NCBI RefSeq assembly: GCF_001194135.2
Contig: NC_068987.1
Location: forward strand, 91,687,099-91,751,098
Direction: 5' to 3'
Source: Octopus bimaculoides
Taxonomy: Eukaryota
Length of the DNA: 64,000 nucleotides
Part shown: piece by piece, positions 37,745-51,319 of the stretch
Layout: each line of letters opens with the position of its first letter
Position numbering within the stretch: the stretch's first letter is position 1
Notes under the pieces: generated by a model
Databases searched by the model: none
The model's input: only the letters and a program-made list of their open reading frames with translations
Told to the model about the DNA's origin: nothing
Translations under genes and position numbers: made by a program

Positions 37745-38749
37745 AAATAAGAAACAAGGATATCCAAAGTTAATGCAGTACGATCGTTTCATGCGACCCC
37801 ATTTATTTAAGCAACGTGGACATTACATCAAATGTAAAATGCAGAGCAATCCTCAGCTGCACAAAGATATAGAAATTTATTGAAATTTCATTTTAACAGA
37901 AGGATATATTTACTGTCTATATTGTTTACCCCTTTCCCTTTCCCGACAATGAAAATGCTGGTGCCCTCTTAAGCTTTGAATCACTCGGTCTGATAAGATG
38001 ATCCATAAATCAGAAAAAAACAAAAACGAATAAAATCACTGACAGCTGAAAATCAGCTTCGAATTAATTACTAGCCTGTATGGTCTGGCTAAGTCAAAAT
38101 GTTTTTTTGTATTCTCCCTTTCTAGTTGGAGAGTCTAAATGTAGTTATAAAAATATGTCCTTCTCTTTCAAGGCCAAAGAGCTACACTTATTGTCCGAGC
38201 CTCATATACTGCATTAATATTCTTCCCACGCTCCGTTGCGTTGTTGCCTTTATTGAACTCATAAAGCAAAATATGCTGAATATACTCCTTTGTCACTTCC
38301 GTTATAACTTTGAAAAAATAACTGTTAAAATCGAACTGCACTCTTCAGAGCTTGCACTAAGAATAACTACATACTAAAATCACTACCTGGTTTTATAGTA
38401 AAAGAGCTGGAAGGGAAAAAAGTAGCATGTGAAGAGATGCGAATTTGAAATAGGCATCGTTTTACCTGCGCCTGGCTGCTTCCGCATTCTAGAGATTCTG
38501 AAGGGTGAATGTCTGACCGCCAATACGTAGGCATATAACATTAGCAAAGAAAATGTACATTTCAGAAGAACGGCTATAGTTTTTTATACACATGCAAACA
38601 TATATATAAAGAAGTATATGTAATATACATAGCCACATATTCATAAATACATATAGAACCCGCATATGTATGTATGTATGTATAGATGGATGGATGGATG
38701 GATGGATAGATGGAGAAGTGTATGTGTGATTGCTCTTTTGAGATCTATT

Positions 38750-38845
38750 TAAGTTCTTAAGAGAGTTCATGCCGGTCGCTAACAATGCGACAAGAATTTA
38801 AATTAAGACAGTTTCAAGTGTTTGTAAATATGTGGCTGAGTTGGT
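38750..38845 (-). mobile_element. Family F, copy 2
   Basis: Colinear with 16750-16850. Confidence 0.6.
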
Positions 38846-38847
38846 AT

Positions 38848-38985
38848 GTTGAGAAGCCTAATTTCTCAAGATTGGTATTTAGGTAGTGTGTGACATATCA
38901 CGGGGCTCCAATGATTACACGTAGAAACCTGAACTTGTAATCTGAATAGAGTAAATGCAGATTACTCAATAGTTCAGCAATGCAT
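38848..38985 (-). pseudogene. RLE-LINE family E fragment (endonuclease region)
   Basis: Minus strand ELLSNLHLLYSDYKFRFLRVIIGAP*YVTHYLNTNLEKLGFS; overlaps the homology of 32090-32155. Confidence 0.8.
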
Positions 38986-39853
38986 GCATGCAAGTAAGTT
39001 CATATGTATATATGTATGTATCTATCGATGTATGTATATATGTATGCATGGATATTTTAGTTATCTGACTTAAATAGTTTGTTGTTACTCAAGTATGGTG
39101 TTTACATGATCGTAATGGGAGAAGAATGAAGGTATTTCAGTTTTTAGTAAAGTATGTATTTATATTATAAACTATGTATTGAGTTCTTTGTTTTTTGATC
39201 ATTACAAATAAACTGTGTGCATATATGTGTAAGGTAGCGTGCATGGATGAGTGTGTGCACGCGAAATAATTGAATTTGCATAATATCAAAAATACAATTA
39301 TAGTTACATCTTCAGGCTGGGCAAGAAACGTATCTCTATNNNNNNNNNNNNNNNNNNNNNNNNNNNNNNNNNNNNNNNNNNNNNNNNNNNNNNNNNNNNN
39401 NNNNNNNNNNNNNNNNNNNNNNNNNNNNNNNNNNNNNNNNNNNATATATACATATATATATACATATATATATATACATATATTTATACACAAACACACA
39501 TGTATATGTAGCTGTCTATTTATCTTCTGTGTCTTTCTATCAAAATCTTTTGCATATCATTCTCTCTCTCTCTCTCTCTCTCAACATCTATATATACTTG
39601 TGGGTGTTTGTGCTTGCGTAAACAGCTAAACGACTCGAGAAAGAAACTCATATGTAATCAATTCCGGTGTCAATTGTGATAACATCTCAAAATGACATCG
39701 TTAATACTAATCAGTTTTGCATATTCTGACATTCCCGAATAATGAAGAAATATCAGCGTATTTTGTCAGATCTGTCAGTTGTCATTCAGTTTGCTATATT
39801 TCTTATTTGGCAAATAAACACGTACACACATGCACACAGGCACATACATAGAA

Positions 39854-39884
<31 letters not shown>

Positions 39885-40037
39885 CGCACGACACACCCAA
39901 AAACACACACACATACGCACACACGCACGACACACTCACCCACAACAACACACACACACACGCACACACGCACACGTAAACATGCGTATATATATTTGTG
40001 TGTGTATGTATATATANNNNNNNNNNNNNNNNNNNNN

Positions 40038-40090
<53 letters not shown>

Positions 40091-40223
40091 TAAATATATA
40101 CATATCATTACCTCCTTACTTGCATAATACATACATACACACACATAATATCTATATCCATCAGTATATCTATCTATTTATTGACAAACATGCATGAATA
40201 TATGTGTGTATATACATACATAC

Positions 40224-40266
<43 letters not shown>

Positions 40267-40549
40267 ATTATACACACATATATATATGTATAAAAAGTAG
40301 CATCGAAGTAGAAAAAAAAATGGGAAATCGTTTGCAGGTATGAAGCACTGTATCACCTAAAATACTTCTTTCTGTGATAACCGTAGCACAAGTTGTGTGA
40401 CAGACTAGCCGGAAATACGCCTCTGGACAACAAATGCTTTGGGAAGGAAATACAATATACTATTGACATTCATGACATAATACAGATCTAATTTGGGCTC
40501 TCACAAGAATGCCTTACTAGAATAATTGTATGATTATCCAAGTTTGTTT

Positions 40550-41150
40550 AGTTTTTAGATAGTTGTAGTTTGGACAATCCATGCATAAACATTGTAACAG
40601 AAAGTATCCATTTAATGGCCAACAGATGCTATTTCTTTTTGACAAAGAAGCTAAGTATATGACATGAGTAGTGATGCATTTTCCAGGTGCATCTCATTTA
40701 GCTGGCAATAAAATGTTGACGGTTGGCCGGATGGATCCTTACAACTTTCAGAACAAGAAGACAGGAGATCATGATGATCCCCAGGGAGACAAATGCTCTT
40801 AGCTGCTTAAAATGCTGCTCCCAACAAAGTGCAAAAAAAGGCAGTACACGAAGCAATCTACACAGAGCTACACAAAGAAGATCGTTTCAATGCGACACGT
40901 CAGCTACTGGGAAAGGTTGAGAGAAGTTGAGGCTCTATTCCCAAGAAACGAAGGCGGGAAAGATGTGCAGTGATATACAGCTGGAAAATTCTGGAAAGAC
41001 TTGTATCAGAACTTGGCATTCAAATTTACACAAACAGCAGAACAGCGTTGTTACTGAAAAGTGCCAAAAAACTCAACATTATCTCAGGAGCAGGTACTGC
41101 AGTAGCATGAGTTTCTCAAGCTATTTGCATTTTCCCTCTCAAACCACCAG
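40550..41150 (+). pseudogene. CR1/L2-group LINE 3' fragment
   Basis: AGWILTTFRTRRQEIMM ... CSQ; HVSYWERLRE; LRLYS; AVIYSWKILE: typical post-RT region of CR1/L2-like LINEs. Confidence 0.75.
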
Positions 41151-41267
41151 CCAATCCAACACATTGCAGCAAAATAAAAAACCATGAACACCACCACATC
41201 ATACTCACCACCGTAACGTTCTAATCTACCTCACTCCACTCACCCAAACAAATAATAGATGGAAATA

Positions 41268-41895
41268 AAGGCGCAGACGTGGTTGTGTGTTAAGAGGATT
41301 GCTTCTCAACCCCACGGTTCTACGTTCAGTCCCTCTGCATAGCACCTTGGGCAATTCACTTCTACCATAGCCTCGTACGAACCAAAGCCTTGTGAGCAGA
41401 TTTAGTAGAAGGAAACTGAAATATTCCCTTCATCNNNNNNNNNNNNNNNNNNNNNNNNNNNNNNNNNNNNNNNNNNNNNNNNNNNNNNNNNNNNNNNNNN
41501 NNNNNNNNNNNNNNNNNNNNNNNNNNNNNNNNNNNNNNNNNNNNNNNNNNNNNNNNNNNNNNNNNNNNNNNNNNNNNNNNNNNNNNNNNNNNNNNNNNNN
41601 NNNNNNNNNNNNNNNNNNNNNNNNNNNNNNNNNNTATATATATATATATATATATGTGTATGTATATATATGTATATGTATATATAAATGTATGTACGTT
41701 TGTCCCTTACAATCGCTCGAAAATCGGTGTTTGTTTGTTTCCGTCCCTGTAAACTAGCGGTTCGATAGAATAACTACCTGACTTAAAGACACCGAAAGAA
41801 CTTCTGCAGTCGATTCATCCGACTAAAGATCCTCTAAGACGGTGCCCCAGCATGGCCGCAGTCTAATGTCTGAAACAGAGTAAAAGAATAAAAGA
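41268..41895 (+). mobile_element. SINE family B, both halves flanking an internal microsatellite and gap
   Basis: 5' half at 41268-41434, gap, (TA/TG)n, then 3' half at ~41695-41895 ending GGTGCCCCAGCATGGCCGCAGTC..TGAAAC..GTAAAAGAATAAAAGA. Confidence 0.85.
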
Positions 41896-42583
41896 GCGAA
41901 AATCAATGCCGACATAAAGCTTTACCAAAACTCCTATTTTCACAATCGAAGTCCAACAGGAAGCGTATACCATCGAAAGAATTTCTTTCTATTGCTTTTA
42001 GCTATAGAATCACTTCGACATACAGAGTAGAATAAAATTTCTTCGATACGATAACATAACTGTCTGAATATCGCCCTTCATCACCATTGCGCCCAATCAA
42101 TGGAACCCAATTCTACATGCAATCTTACATTTTGCATTTTACAGTATATGTTATATTTTGCACCAAATATTACGCACAAAGTGTTGACTTTTACATAGTA
42201 GAAAATGAATGCATACTAATTCCTGCTACATAAGTTTTTGTGAACTTTCATATCACGCCAACAATGAAAAACACGTAGTTCTGGACGTAACTTTAATGGC
42301 GCATCTACACGCCCCCACTCCACCGGCCAGTAAACACACATACACAACATACAAATCGCCCATCTTGCATGATCTGCTGTACACTTAACATAAAGCTATC
42401 AATACACCACATTGAAATATTATTGTGAACACCTATCGAACACAATACATACCTATGATCCAGTCACAATATATAATCAATAGACGATTGTGCAACAATT
42501 GCAGAAGAAGCCCACCCGCAGCAAAAGTCTACTGCATTGGTAGAGAGACCAAAGTAATACTAATTCTATTACACATATGTACA

Positions 42584-42614
<31 letters not shown>

Positions 42615-42942
42615 NNNNNNNNNNNNNNNNNNNNNNNNNNNNNNNNNNNNNNNNNNNNNNNNNNNNNNNNNNNNNNNNNNNNNNNNNNNNNNNNNNNNNN
42701 NNNNNNNNNNNNNNNNNNNNNNNNNNNNNNNNNNNNNNNNNNNNNNNNNNNNNNNNNNNNNNNNNNNNNNNNNNNNNNNNNNNNNNNNNNNNNNNNNNNN
42801 NNNNNNNNNNNNNNNNNNNNNNNNNNNNNNNNNNNNNNNNNNNNNNNNNNNNNNNNNNNNNNNNNNNNNNNNNNNNNNNNNNNNNNNNNNNAACGGGCAT
42901 ACGATTCTATCAATACATGTATGTGCGTGCTTGTGTGTTTAT

Positions 42943-42996
<54 letters not shown>

Positions 42997-43131
42997 ACAC
43001 ACACACACAAACATGTACTTCAATACAAATTCTTAGGTGGTATACCATTTAACGATTGCAAAGTTTTATATTACACAATATTTCACATTCGTTGGATATA
43101 CACGAAAATACAGAATTGATGTTTTGTTATA

Positions 43132-44291
43132 CAACGTGGCCCAAAAGTCACTGAGGGTTTTTAATTCTTTATAACTCCAAGACGGCGAGTTGGCTGAAAC
43201 GTTAGCACGCCGGGTGAAATACTTGGCTGTATTTTGTGTGTCTTTATATTCTGAGTTCAAATTCCGCCGATGTTGACTTTGCCTATCATCGTTTCGGGGT
43301 CGATAAATTAATTACCAGTTGCGTACCCGGGTCGATCTAATCGACTGGCCCCCTTTCCCCAAAATTTCGGGCCTCGTGCCTAGAGTAAGAAAGAATCCTT
43401 AATAACTCTATTATTTTTACAAATAGGTGTATGAATGTTTAATTCAATATAGAGGAGATAATGCAGATTAACGTGCTTTAGTCTTTTTTTATTATACCCC
43501 TGCATTACGGATGAAAAATGATATCGTTTAAATGGCGTCTATTTTCAGCTTCACAAATCCGTGCCCTTTCCAAAATATGTTCCATGACAGATGTAAGGGT
43601 TTCAGGGTCCAGTTCCCTGGTTTTTCTAATGATATTCTCCTTCAGTTGCTCCAGGGTTTCTGCTGTGTTGATATAAAGCTTCTCCTTGGGGTTCCACCCA
43701 CAAGAAGTCAGGCTGGTCAAGTCTGGGGAACGCGAGGGCCAGTTGACGTGACATAGGAAGAGATGATTCTTTCTTCAAAATATTGCCTCAGCAACTCTAT
43801 CGTCTCTCTAGCTGTATGAGAAGTTTACCCATCTTGCTGGAACCACATATTGGGCTTATTTTGAATGGCCGGGCTCAAAAAGTTCTCGATCATAGCCCTC
43901 TATCGCTCACCAGTCGCACTGGCAGCATTCTCATTCATCATCCAGCTTATCTCATCTGCTGTCATTGCACACCATATAGCACGCTTTACGAGCTGAAATT
44001 CTCATTTGTGCTCTCTGGATTTGAATAAAAGACGCCTGATTTTCAGAGAACAATTTCACCATTTGGATACGTTGTGCGGTGCCATAATTTTTGATAAAAA
44101 ATTTCCAGGAGCTAGTCCAGAAAATGCCTGAAAATAAAACCTCAAATGAATGCATTAATCGCCATGACTGGTTAGTATTGGCACAGGAGTACATGATACA
44201 CATATGAACTCCCATATGAGAAGAACTAGTAGAAATGTAAGCATGCCAAAGGAGTAGATCATAGATATAATACCTTACTTTGGGACTCTAT
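43132..44291 (-). mobile_element. Internally deleted Tc1/mariner element, rosa/DD41D-like
   Basis: NYGTAQRIQMVKLFSEN (N-terminus); MWFQQDG*TSHTARETIELLRQYFEERII ... WPSRSPDLT..DF; ETLEQLKENI ... ENRRHLNDIIF. Degenerate ends TA|CAACGTGGCCCAAAAGT and ACTTTGGGACTCTATTA. Confidence 0.85.
43179..43393 (+). mobile_element. SINE family A nested in the mariner end, with probable 15-bp TSD
   Basis: Full head and body; flanks AATTCTTTATAACTC (43163-43177) and AATCCTTAATAACTC (43394-43408), 13/15 identical. Confidence 0.9.
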
Positions 44292-45799
44292 TATTGAAAC
44301 TGATCAATGCATTCGGCTAATAAATCAGTTGTTGAGGTAAAATCACGCTGATAAACCATGTTTGTTCATGTCTATCGTAGAAGACAGCAACACTTTTGTA
44401 AAAACATTTGAAAATTATCTGGGAGGGATTATGTTTACATTATGCAACTGCTTGTAACGTAAAGTTTGAATTTTGATTTGAAAAGTTATGTAAATACAAG
44501 GATCTTCAAATAGAGGTCTCAAAGACTGGGCGTCTAAGAACAACTGCACGCACCTGTGATTATTGGGTTTTAGTGGGATAATACCAAAAATGCTCTAAAC
44601 AATATGGCCAGAACTGCAAGTGCAAAATAAATGATCCTCTTAAAACTCTTTCAAAACTAAAATATTACGAATTTAAAAGAACCTTAATTAGCAGATGCTG
44701 GTCTTCTTCCCTTCCAGTATATCATAAACAACACCTATAGAAAAAACTTCCAACTTGCCGTTACTTGCGATCTCCGAGTGACACTTGGAGCAGCTCCAAA
44801 AATACAAAGCAGCAATAACATAAGGAATATTGATAATAATATTAGCAACAAACAACAATGCGAATGCATCTGTTCAACTAATTTTAGAAAAGAAACTTCT
44901 CCCCTGAATGTAACCACCAGACGTGATAAACTGTATTCTAGTGGATAGATGTCTAGTTTGGGAAGCACAGATGTCTTCCATACAATTAACTGTTGTAAGT
45001 ACAATTATATAGAAAAAAATACCTTTTAAATAGTCAGTTTAGATAATACACGTATTATTATGTACACTTAAGTAAAATGATGAGAGTTTTTTTTCTTTTT
45101 GTTTCTTTTTCTTTTTTTTTTCAATATCTATTCAGATTTTTACACAAAGTTCTAGATTGATAGATTTTAATAACGAAGTTGTTCAATTGTTCTATTTTGA
45201 GACAATAATTTGATGTTATTTTATGTATTTATTTATGCTGTAAGCGGCATCTACTTGAGATAGCAACAATTTCCTGGACATAATTGAAAGACGTTAGTCA
45301 AATATGGAACAAAAATTTTAAAAATTGTCTTTCTTTGCAAATAAGTTGTTTTTGTTGTTTTGTTCTTTCTGTCTCTTTATAAATATATATGACCAATAGA
45401 AAATCTGTAGCTAGCAAAATCCTTTATTCATCAGTTTTTAGACCAGATGTTCGGATTTAAAATATCTTTTCCTGAAACGCAGTACAGACCTACGTTACTA
45501 CTCCTCTGTTATGTTCCATTTATAAGATTTCAAATCCGAATTATCATAGTCTGCTAGGCTCTAAATATTTGTGTTAACGATAGAATAAATATAAGATCAA
45601 ATCTTAGCATTGTAAGAAGTCGAATGTGGATTTTAGGAATATTATTTCGTTTCTGTACTTGACTCGCATGACTTTTTCTGCGAATTTGTTTGCTGAAACG
45701 CATTTAGTTGTATCTTTAGAGAGTTAATAAGCACATGCACTGGTTATATTTCGCTTCTTTATTAACTAATCGAGCGTTTGATAAATTGGATATATCCTA

Positions 45800-46512
45800 T
45801 TCCTTTCCTCGCCATTTGTGATCTCCTCAGTGACATGCCCTCTCAGGTATGCTCCACGTCTGACAGACAGGCCAGTGCATGTGTTTGTTATTGGCATAAT
45901 GACCTCCCGAGATATAATATAATAATACATTTTCATTCCCCGTCCCCCTTCTTTCCTCTTTACATACAATCTTGACACATCATTCTTGGGGTGTAGTTCC
46001 TTGTTCCTTGTCATTAATTTACGTATTCTCCGGTCTATCTCTTCTCATTCATACTTCTTCCAAGCTACTATTCCTGTCCCATATCTCATCAAAGCAGCCG
46101 CCCACGTATTAGTTGCTCTAACCTAATAGTGGCCATTTAGCTTCGATTGGAGCACAAGCCGAGTTCTCCTCAAATTCTCTTTTCTGTACATTTCTTTCAT
46201 CTTGTGTTCATTCATCTTATCTCTTTCAATGATACCCATGTGCTTATATTCTTCCTTTCCGACTTCCTTTATAATTTCACCACTTTCCAGCTTGATCCCT
46301 TGGCTTTTACTGATTTCCCCCCTTTTGAGAATCATTACACCACCTTTCTCGATCCCAAATTCTATGCCAATATCTTTGCTAATCATCAGTCTCGCAATTC
46401 TCCTGTACAGAGCTGTCATATCTTTAAGTCAAAAGCCCTGAGCCCCATCTGGGCCTGGCGCTTTCCAGTTAGCAATTTTTCTGCACTGATCTCTAATCAT
46501 CACCTCCGCTGT
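45800..46512 (-). pseudogene. R4/Dong LINE fragment with internal RT deletion
   Basis: IANWKAPGPDGAQGF (domain 0) joined to SKDIGIEFGIEK ... YKHMGI ... RRTRLVLQSKLNG, then ELHPKNDVSRLYVKRKEGGRG. Confidence 0.88.
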
Positions 46513-46520
46513 TATTATTA

Positions 46521-46581
<61 letters not shown>

Positions 46582-46598
46582 CATTATTATTATTATTA

Positions 46599-46629
<31 letters not shown>

Positions 46630-46755
46630 CATCATTATTATTATTAATATTATTATTATTATTATTATTATTATTACTAGTAGTAGTAGTAGTAGTAGTA
46701 GCAGCAGTAGCAGCAATAGCAGTAGTCGTAGTAGTAGTAGTAGTAGCAGCAGCAA

Positions 46756-46812
<57 letters not shown>

Positions 46813-46828
46813 GAGGAGGAGGAGGCGG
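46513..46828. repeat. (ATT/ATC)n-(AGT)n-(AGC)n-(AGG)n compound microsatellite
   Basis: Directly visible. Confidence 0.95.
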
Positions 46829-47711
46829 AGGAATGTTTAAATGTTTGAACGTAATATTTAAAAATCAATCATCACTTCCGATCACCATCAAAGCTAAATA
46901 ACCTCTTATATTTCGGATTTGAAATAAAAAGTGTTATCCTTTTACAAACATGTAGAGAACCTATCCGCCCCTCATACACTAGATACGCAAATTATACCAC
47001 CTTCTTCATCATCAACACCAACATAAATCGCAGCTCCACCAACCAATATCACCATCACCACCGATATTTGACACCTACTATATATAAAAAAAAACAGTAT
47101 AAAAACACAGCCAATAGTCAAAAGAATTTGACTGTTACTAGTCAGGGGTAACTTCCGTCACCAAAGCAACCACCATCATCACCAAAACCACCGCAGCCGA
47201 ACACCCATAAGTTCTACGATCACAACTACCATTACTACAAACACCATCATCACAACTACAGCCATAACTAGGAGCAGCCTCAGTATCCCCATGAAATAAG
47301 TTCCCTCTGGATGGCACATAGAAACTCGGGTGACAGCAATTGTACTAAAATTTTGTTGGGCAATTATTATAAGTTTAAAACATTTTTATTCCAAACCACC
47401 GCGAACAACATCAATATCGGTTTATAACAAAATAAACATCATTACCACCATTTTGAAAATTCTACTTCTCATCATTGTTATCGTCGACATCATGATAATT
47501 ATGGTTATCTTCATTATAATGTTCATAACAACTGATAATGATGCTGAGGATTGTGATCATAGAAAATGATTATAACGATAATTATTTTGCTATAAAATAA
47601 TATTACTACGCGTGCAAATTAGTACCAGTGTTGTAAAAGTTACTGAAAATTGATGTTGACGACAACGGTAAGAATGACCATAAGACGTGAATAACAACAA
47701 CAACAACAATA

Positions 47712-47985
47712 ATCCGTGAATGCTCGAAGTACAGGTCACTGACTCTGACTGACGGATGGGAACTTGAATAAAAAGACAAAAGCGCTAGTTGTAGCCGGTC
47801 AAGCACAAGCCCTTCGAAAAAACCTGATAAAGATAATGATCGGCAAAACTCAAACCAGAGAGCAAATTTACACTCTTCTGGAATGCAGACGAAAGCATTT
47901 ACCACCGTTTGAGTAAGTGCACTATACTAGCACAAAACGAGTATAAAAGAGATGAAACTCGCATTGTAGAAAAGTACCATTCTAT
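47712..47985 (+). pseudogene. R4/Dong LINE fragment, decayed CCHC zinc-knuckle region
   Basis: ALVVAGQAQALRKNLIKIMIGKTQ; ADESIYHRLSKCTILAQNEYKR (cf. LIIAAQDQALRTN ... ETVxHLxSxCxxLAQKEYKRRH). Confidence 0.7.
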
Positions 47986-48054
47986 CTTCTCCCAGATGAT
48001 TCTTGAGATTTGAGGAATCTCGTCACCAAATCTCAAGATAAAATATCTGATTAA

Positions 48055-48066
48055 TTAGCATGCACA

Positions 48067-48116
<50 letters not shown>

Positions 48117-48157
48117 TAATAATAATGATAATAATAATAATAATGATAATAATGATA

Positions 48158-48209
<52 letters not shown>

Positions 48210-48230
48210 TGATAAAAATAATAATAATAA
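48055..48230. repeat. Interrupted (AAT)n microsatellite
   Basis: Directly visible. Confidence 0.95.
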
Positions 48231-48785
48231 TGTCCAGATGCAGTACAAGGCAGTGGCTCGCATGGCTTCTGATCTTAATTGACTGAAAGTGTTATCATAT
48301 ACATTGTTTTGTCTTGGTATAAAAGATGGGCTACAACAAATATTCTGCTCAATACCATAGATTTGCTTGTCAGTTGTTTGACCTTAACCAGTTGAGCATG
48401 TCCCTTAGTCGCTGACGATATGTGCATCTCTGATCATGAGCAGAAGTAGTGGAGGAGCATCATAATTGTGCTGAAAGGAATTCTTTAGGGTTTGAATAAT
48501 ACACCTCTGGAGACATGAGTGTTTCGTTCATCATCCTTAAAACAAACTTTATCCAGGGACTTTTTGAGCGAGATGGGCTACTCGACCTGAGGAAAATTTT
48601 AACTGGGTCCCACCTGCAAGGTCATGCGCTGTTTATTTTGATATGAGATCACTGTGTCGCGCACATATGGTTGTGATGCATGTGCCTGGTGCACCCTTAT
48701 CAGATGGGTAGTCACGATGGGTATAATGGGCTTCGTATATTTTACCCCTGTGTCACTTTGATGGCATGCACTGGTCTCTCACTCA
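48231..48785 (+). mobile_element. Family C, copy 3 (longest)
   Basis: TGTCCAGATGCAGTACAAGGCAGTGGCTCGCATGGCTTCTG ... GGTCTCTCACTCAATAAT. Confidence 0.92.
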
Positions 48786-48788
48786 ATA

Positions 48789-48855
<67 letters not shown>

Positions 48856-48860
48856 CGATG

Positions 48861-48920
<60 letters not shown>
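48786..48920. repeat. (GAT)n-(AAT)n microsatellite
   Basis: Directly visible. Confidence 0.95.
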
Positions 48921-48921
<1 letters not shown>

Positions 48922-49235
48922 GGTATGCGATAAGGGAATAAGAAAAGTCGATAGATATGACAGGTTAGCTTGGGAGGTAAAGCAGTTGTGGTCGATGAAA
49001 AAGGGGGTAGTAGTACCAACAATTGTCGGGGCCTTGAGAACAGTGGGTAAAAATTTTGAGAAGTACATGGAACAAATAGGGGCTGCAATAAGGGTGGAGC
49101 ACTTGCAGAAAACAGCACTGCTTGGAACCGCTCGAATACTCCGGAAGGTGCTCGGAAAATAAGGTGCTACCTTAGTTCACTGGTAACACATCTCCAGCGT
49201 TAGAACCTATGCAAATGCAATGATAATTATAATAA
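48921..49235 (+). pseudogene. R4/Dong LINE 3' end: RLE C-terminus plus UTR
   Basis: KVDRYDRLAWEVKQLWSMKKGVVVPTIVGALRTV ... LQKTALLGTARILRKVLGK*, open frame to 49162. Confidence 0.92.
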
Positions 49236-49333
49236 CAACAACAGTTATGACCTACCAATGTATACAGTGAGTTCTTTTGCCCTAGGTAACGGGAAGACAC
49301 TCGGTAAGAAGCGGAAACCACATAGAAAAAAAA

Positions 49334-49335
<2 letters not shown>

Positions 49336-49396
<61 letters not shown>

Positions 49397-49551
49397 AATA
49401 AAAAGATAAAGATGAAATGCTATTAATGCTGTTTAGTGATGATGAATGATGAGGATGATGACGACTATCGTACAAAAATCAATGCAAATAACCATGCACC
49501 TTTAATCTCCAACACCACCACCACCACCACCACCACCACCACCATCACCAC

Positions 49552-49591
<40 letters not shown>
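49336..49591. repeat. (AAT)n, (CAC)n and (CAT)n microsatellites before a gap
   Basis: Directly visible. Confidence 0.9.
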
Positions 49592-50589
49592 NNNNNNNNN
49601 NNNNNNNNNNNNNNNNNNNNNNNNNNNNNNNNNNNNNNNNNNNNNNNNNNNNNNNNNNNNNNNNNNNNNNNNNNNNNNNNNNNNNNNNNNNNNNNNNNNN
49701 NNNNNNNNNNNNNNNNNNNNNNNNNNNNNNNNNNNNNNNNNNNNNNNNNNNNNNNNNNNNNNNNNNNNNNNNNNNNNNNNNNNNNNNNNNNNNNNNNNNN
49801 NNNNNNNNNNNNNNNNNNNNNNNNNNNNNNNNNNNNNNNNNNNNNNNNNNNNNNNNNNNNNNNNNNNNNNNNNNNNNNNNNNNNNNNNNNNNNNNNNNNN
49901 NNNNNNNNNNNNNNNNNNNNNNNNNNNNNNNNNNNNNNNNNNNNNNNNNNNNNNNNNNNNNNNNNNNNNNNNNNNNNNNNNNNNNNNNNNNNNNNNNNNN
50001 NNNNNNNNNNNNNNNNNNNNNNNNNNNNNNNNNNNNNNNNNNNNNNNNNNNNNNNNNNNNNNNNNNNNNNNNNNNNNNNNNNNNNNNNNNNNNNNNNNNN
50101 NNNNNNNNNNNNNNNNNNNNNNNNNNNNNNNNNNNNNNNGCCATCATCGTCGTCGTCGTCGTCGTCATCCTCATCATCATCACCATCATCAGCATCATCA
50201 TCATTCTCTCTCTTGTTCTTCCCATATTTCCAAATCCTTCTCCATAGTGTGCATGGCCCGAGAAAGTTTTCTTATATCGAGGAGCAATACTGAACCATTA
50301 ACGCAAGAGTCAACCCTGTATCGTCACCGATGTGGCTGAATGGAAAGTCAAGGTATTGCATGGATGAAATACCAACCTGGCTTTAGCTTGCATTGAACTT
50401 TAAAATGTCCCACCGGAACAAATAGCGCCATCTATTGCATGCTGGGCCCTAAAACATTGTCCCAAACCAAGGCAAAAACCAATAAGTTATATGTCGACCT
50501 CGAAGTCCACATAAAAAGTAGACCGTTATGAATTATCGGGCTGTCGATAAATATTACAAATGATTTCATAGGCAGATATACTTTAATAT

Positions 50590-50765
50590 GCATAAAGCGA
50601 TGAACCGGCGGAATCGTCAGCGCGTCGGACAAAAAATTTAACAGCGTTTCTTCCTACTATTTACGATTTAATTTTAAATTTTGCCGTAACCAAATTTTGT
50701 CTTACATCCTTTCGCTAAATCAATATTAACATTTGAACACTGCGCTCGAAGTAATCGATTTATAC
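50590..50765 (+). mobile_element. SINE family A, degenerate
   Basis: GGCGGAATCGTCAGCGCGTCGGACAAAA ... CATCCTTTCG ... CGAAGTAATCGA. Confidence 0.5.
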
Positions 50766-51250
50766 TATTCCATACAGGGGTTGGTTTTGTGGAGAAAATT
50801 CCAACTATTATTTAAGATGTACATAACTACAAAGCCAAAAAGTATCGAGGAAATGGTTGTTTTATCATTTTTACATTAAGACAGCTTTGATAGCAGCAGA
50901 ACAAAGATCAAATCTGACCCAAGCGTTCACTTATCGTTCTTTGCGAAATATAATTCAAGTAAGANNNNNNNNNNNNNNNNNNNNNNNNNNNNNNNNNNNN
51001 NNNNNNNNNNNNNNNNNNNNNNNNNNNNNNNNNNNNNNNNNNNNNNNNNNNNNNNNNNNNNNNNNNNNNNNNNNNNNNNNNNNNNNNNNNNNNNNNNNNN
51101 NNNNNNNNNNNNNNNNNNNNNNNNNNNNNNNNNNNNNNNNNNNNNNNNNNNNNNNNNNNNNNNNNNNNNNNNNNNNNNNNNNNNNNNNNNNNNNNNNNNN
51201 NNNNNNNNNNNNNNNNNNNNNNNNNNNNNNNNNNNNNNNNNNNNNNNNNN

Positions 51251-51291
<41 letters not shown>

Positions 51292-51319
51292 TATAAAAAC
51301 TATAACGGCCTCTATTCCA

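Noticed and set aside
44735-45004. 89-aa ORF with a hydrophobic stretch
   Set aside because: The hydrophobicity derives from an (AAT/AAC)-like low-complexity run; no family recognised.
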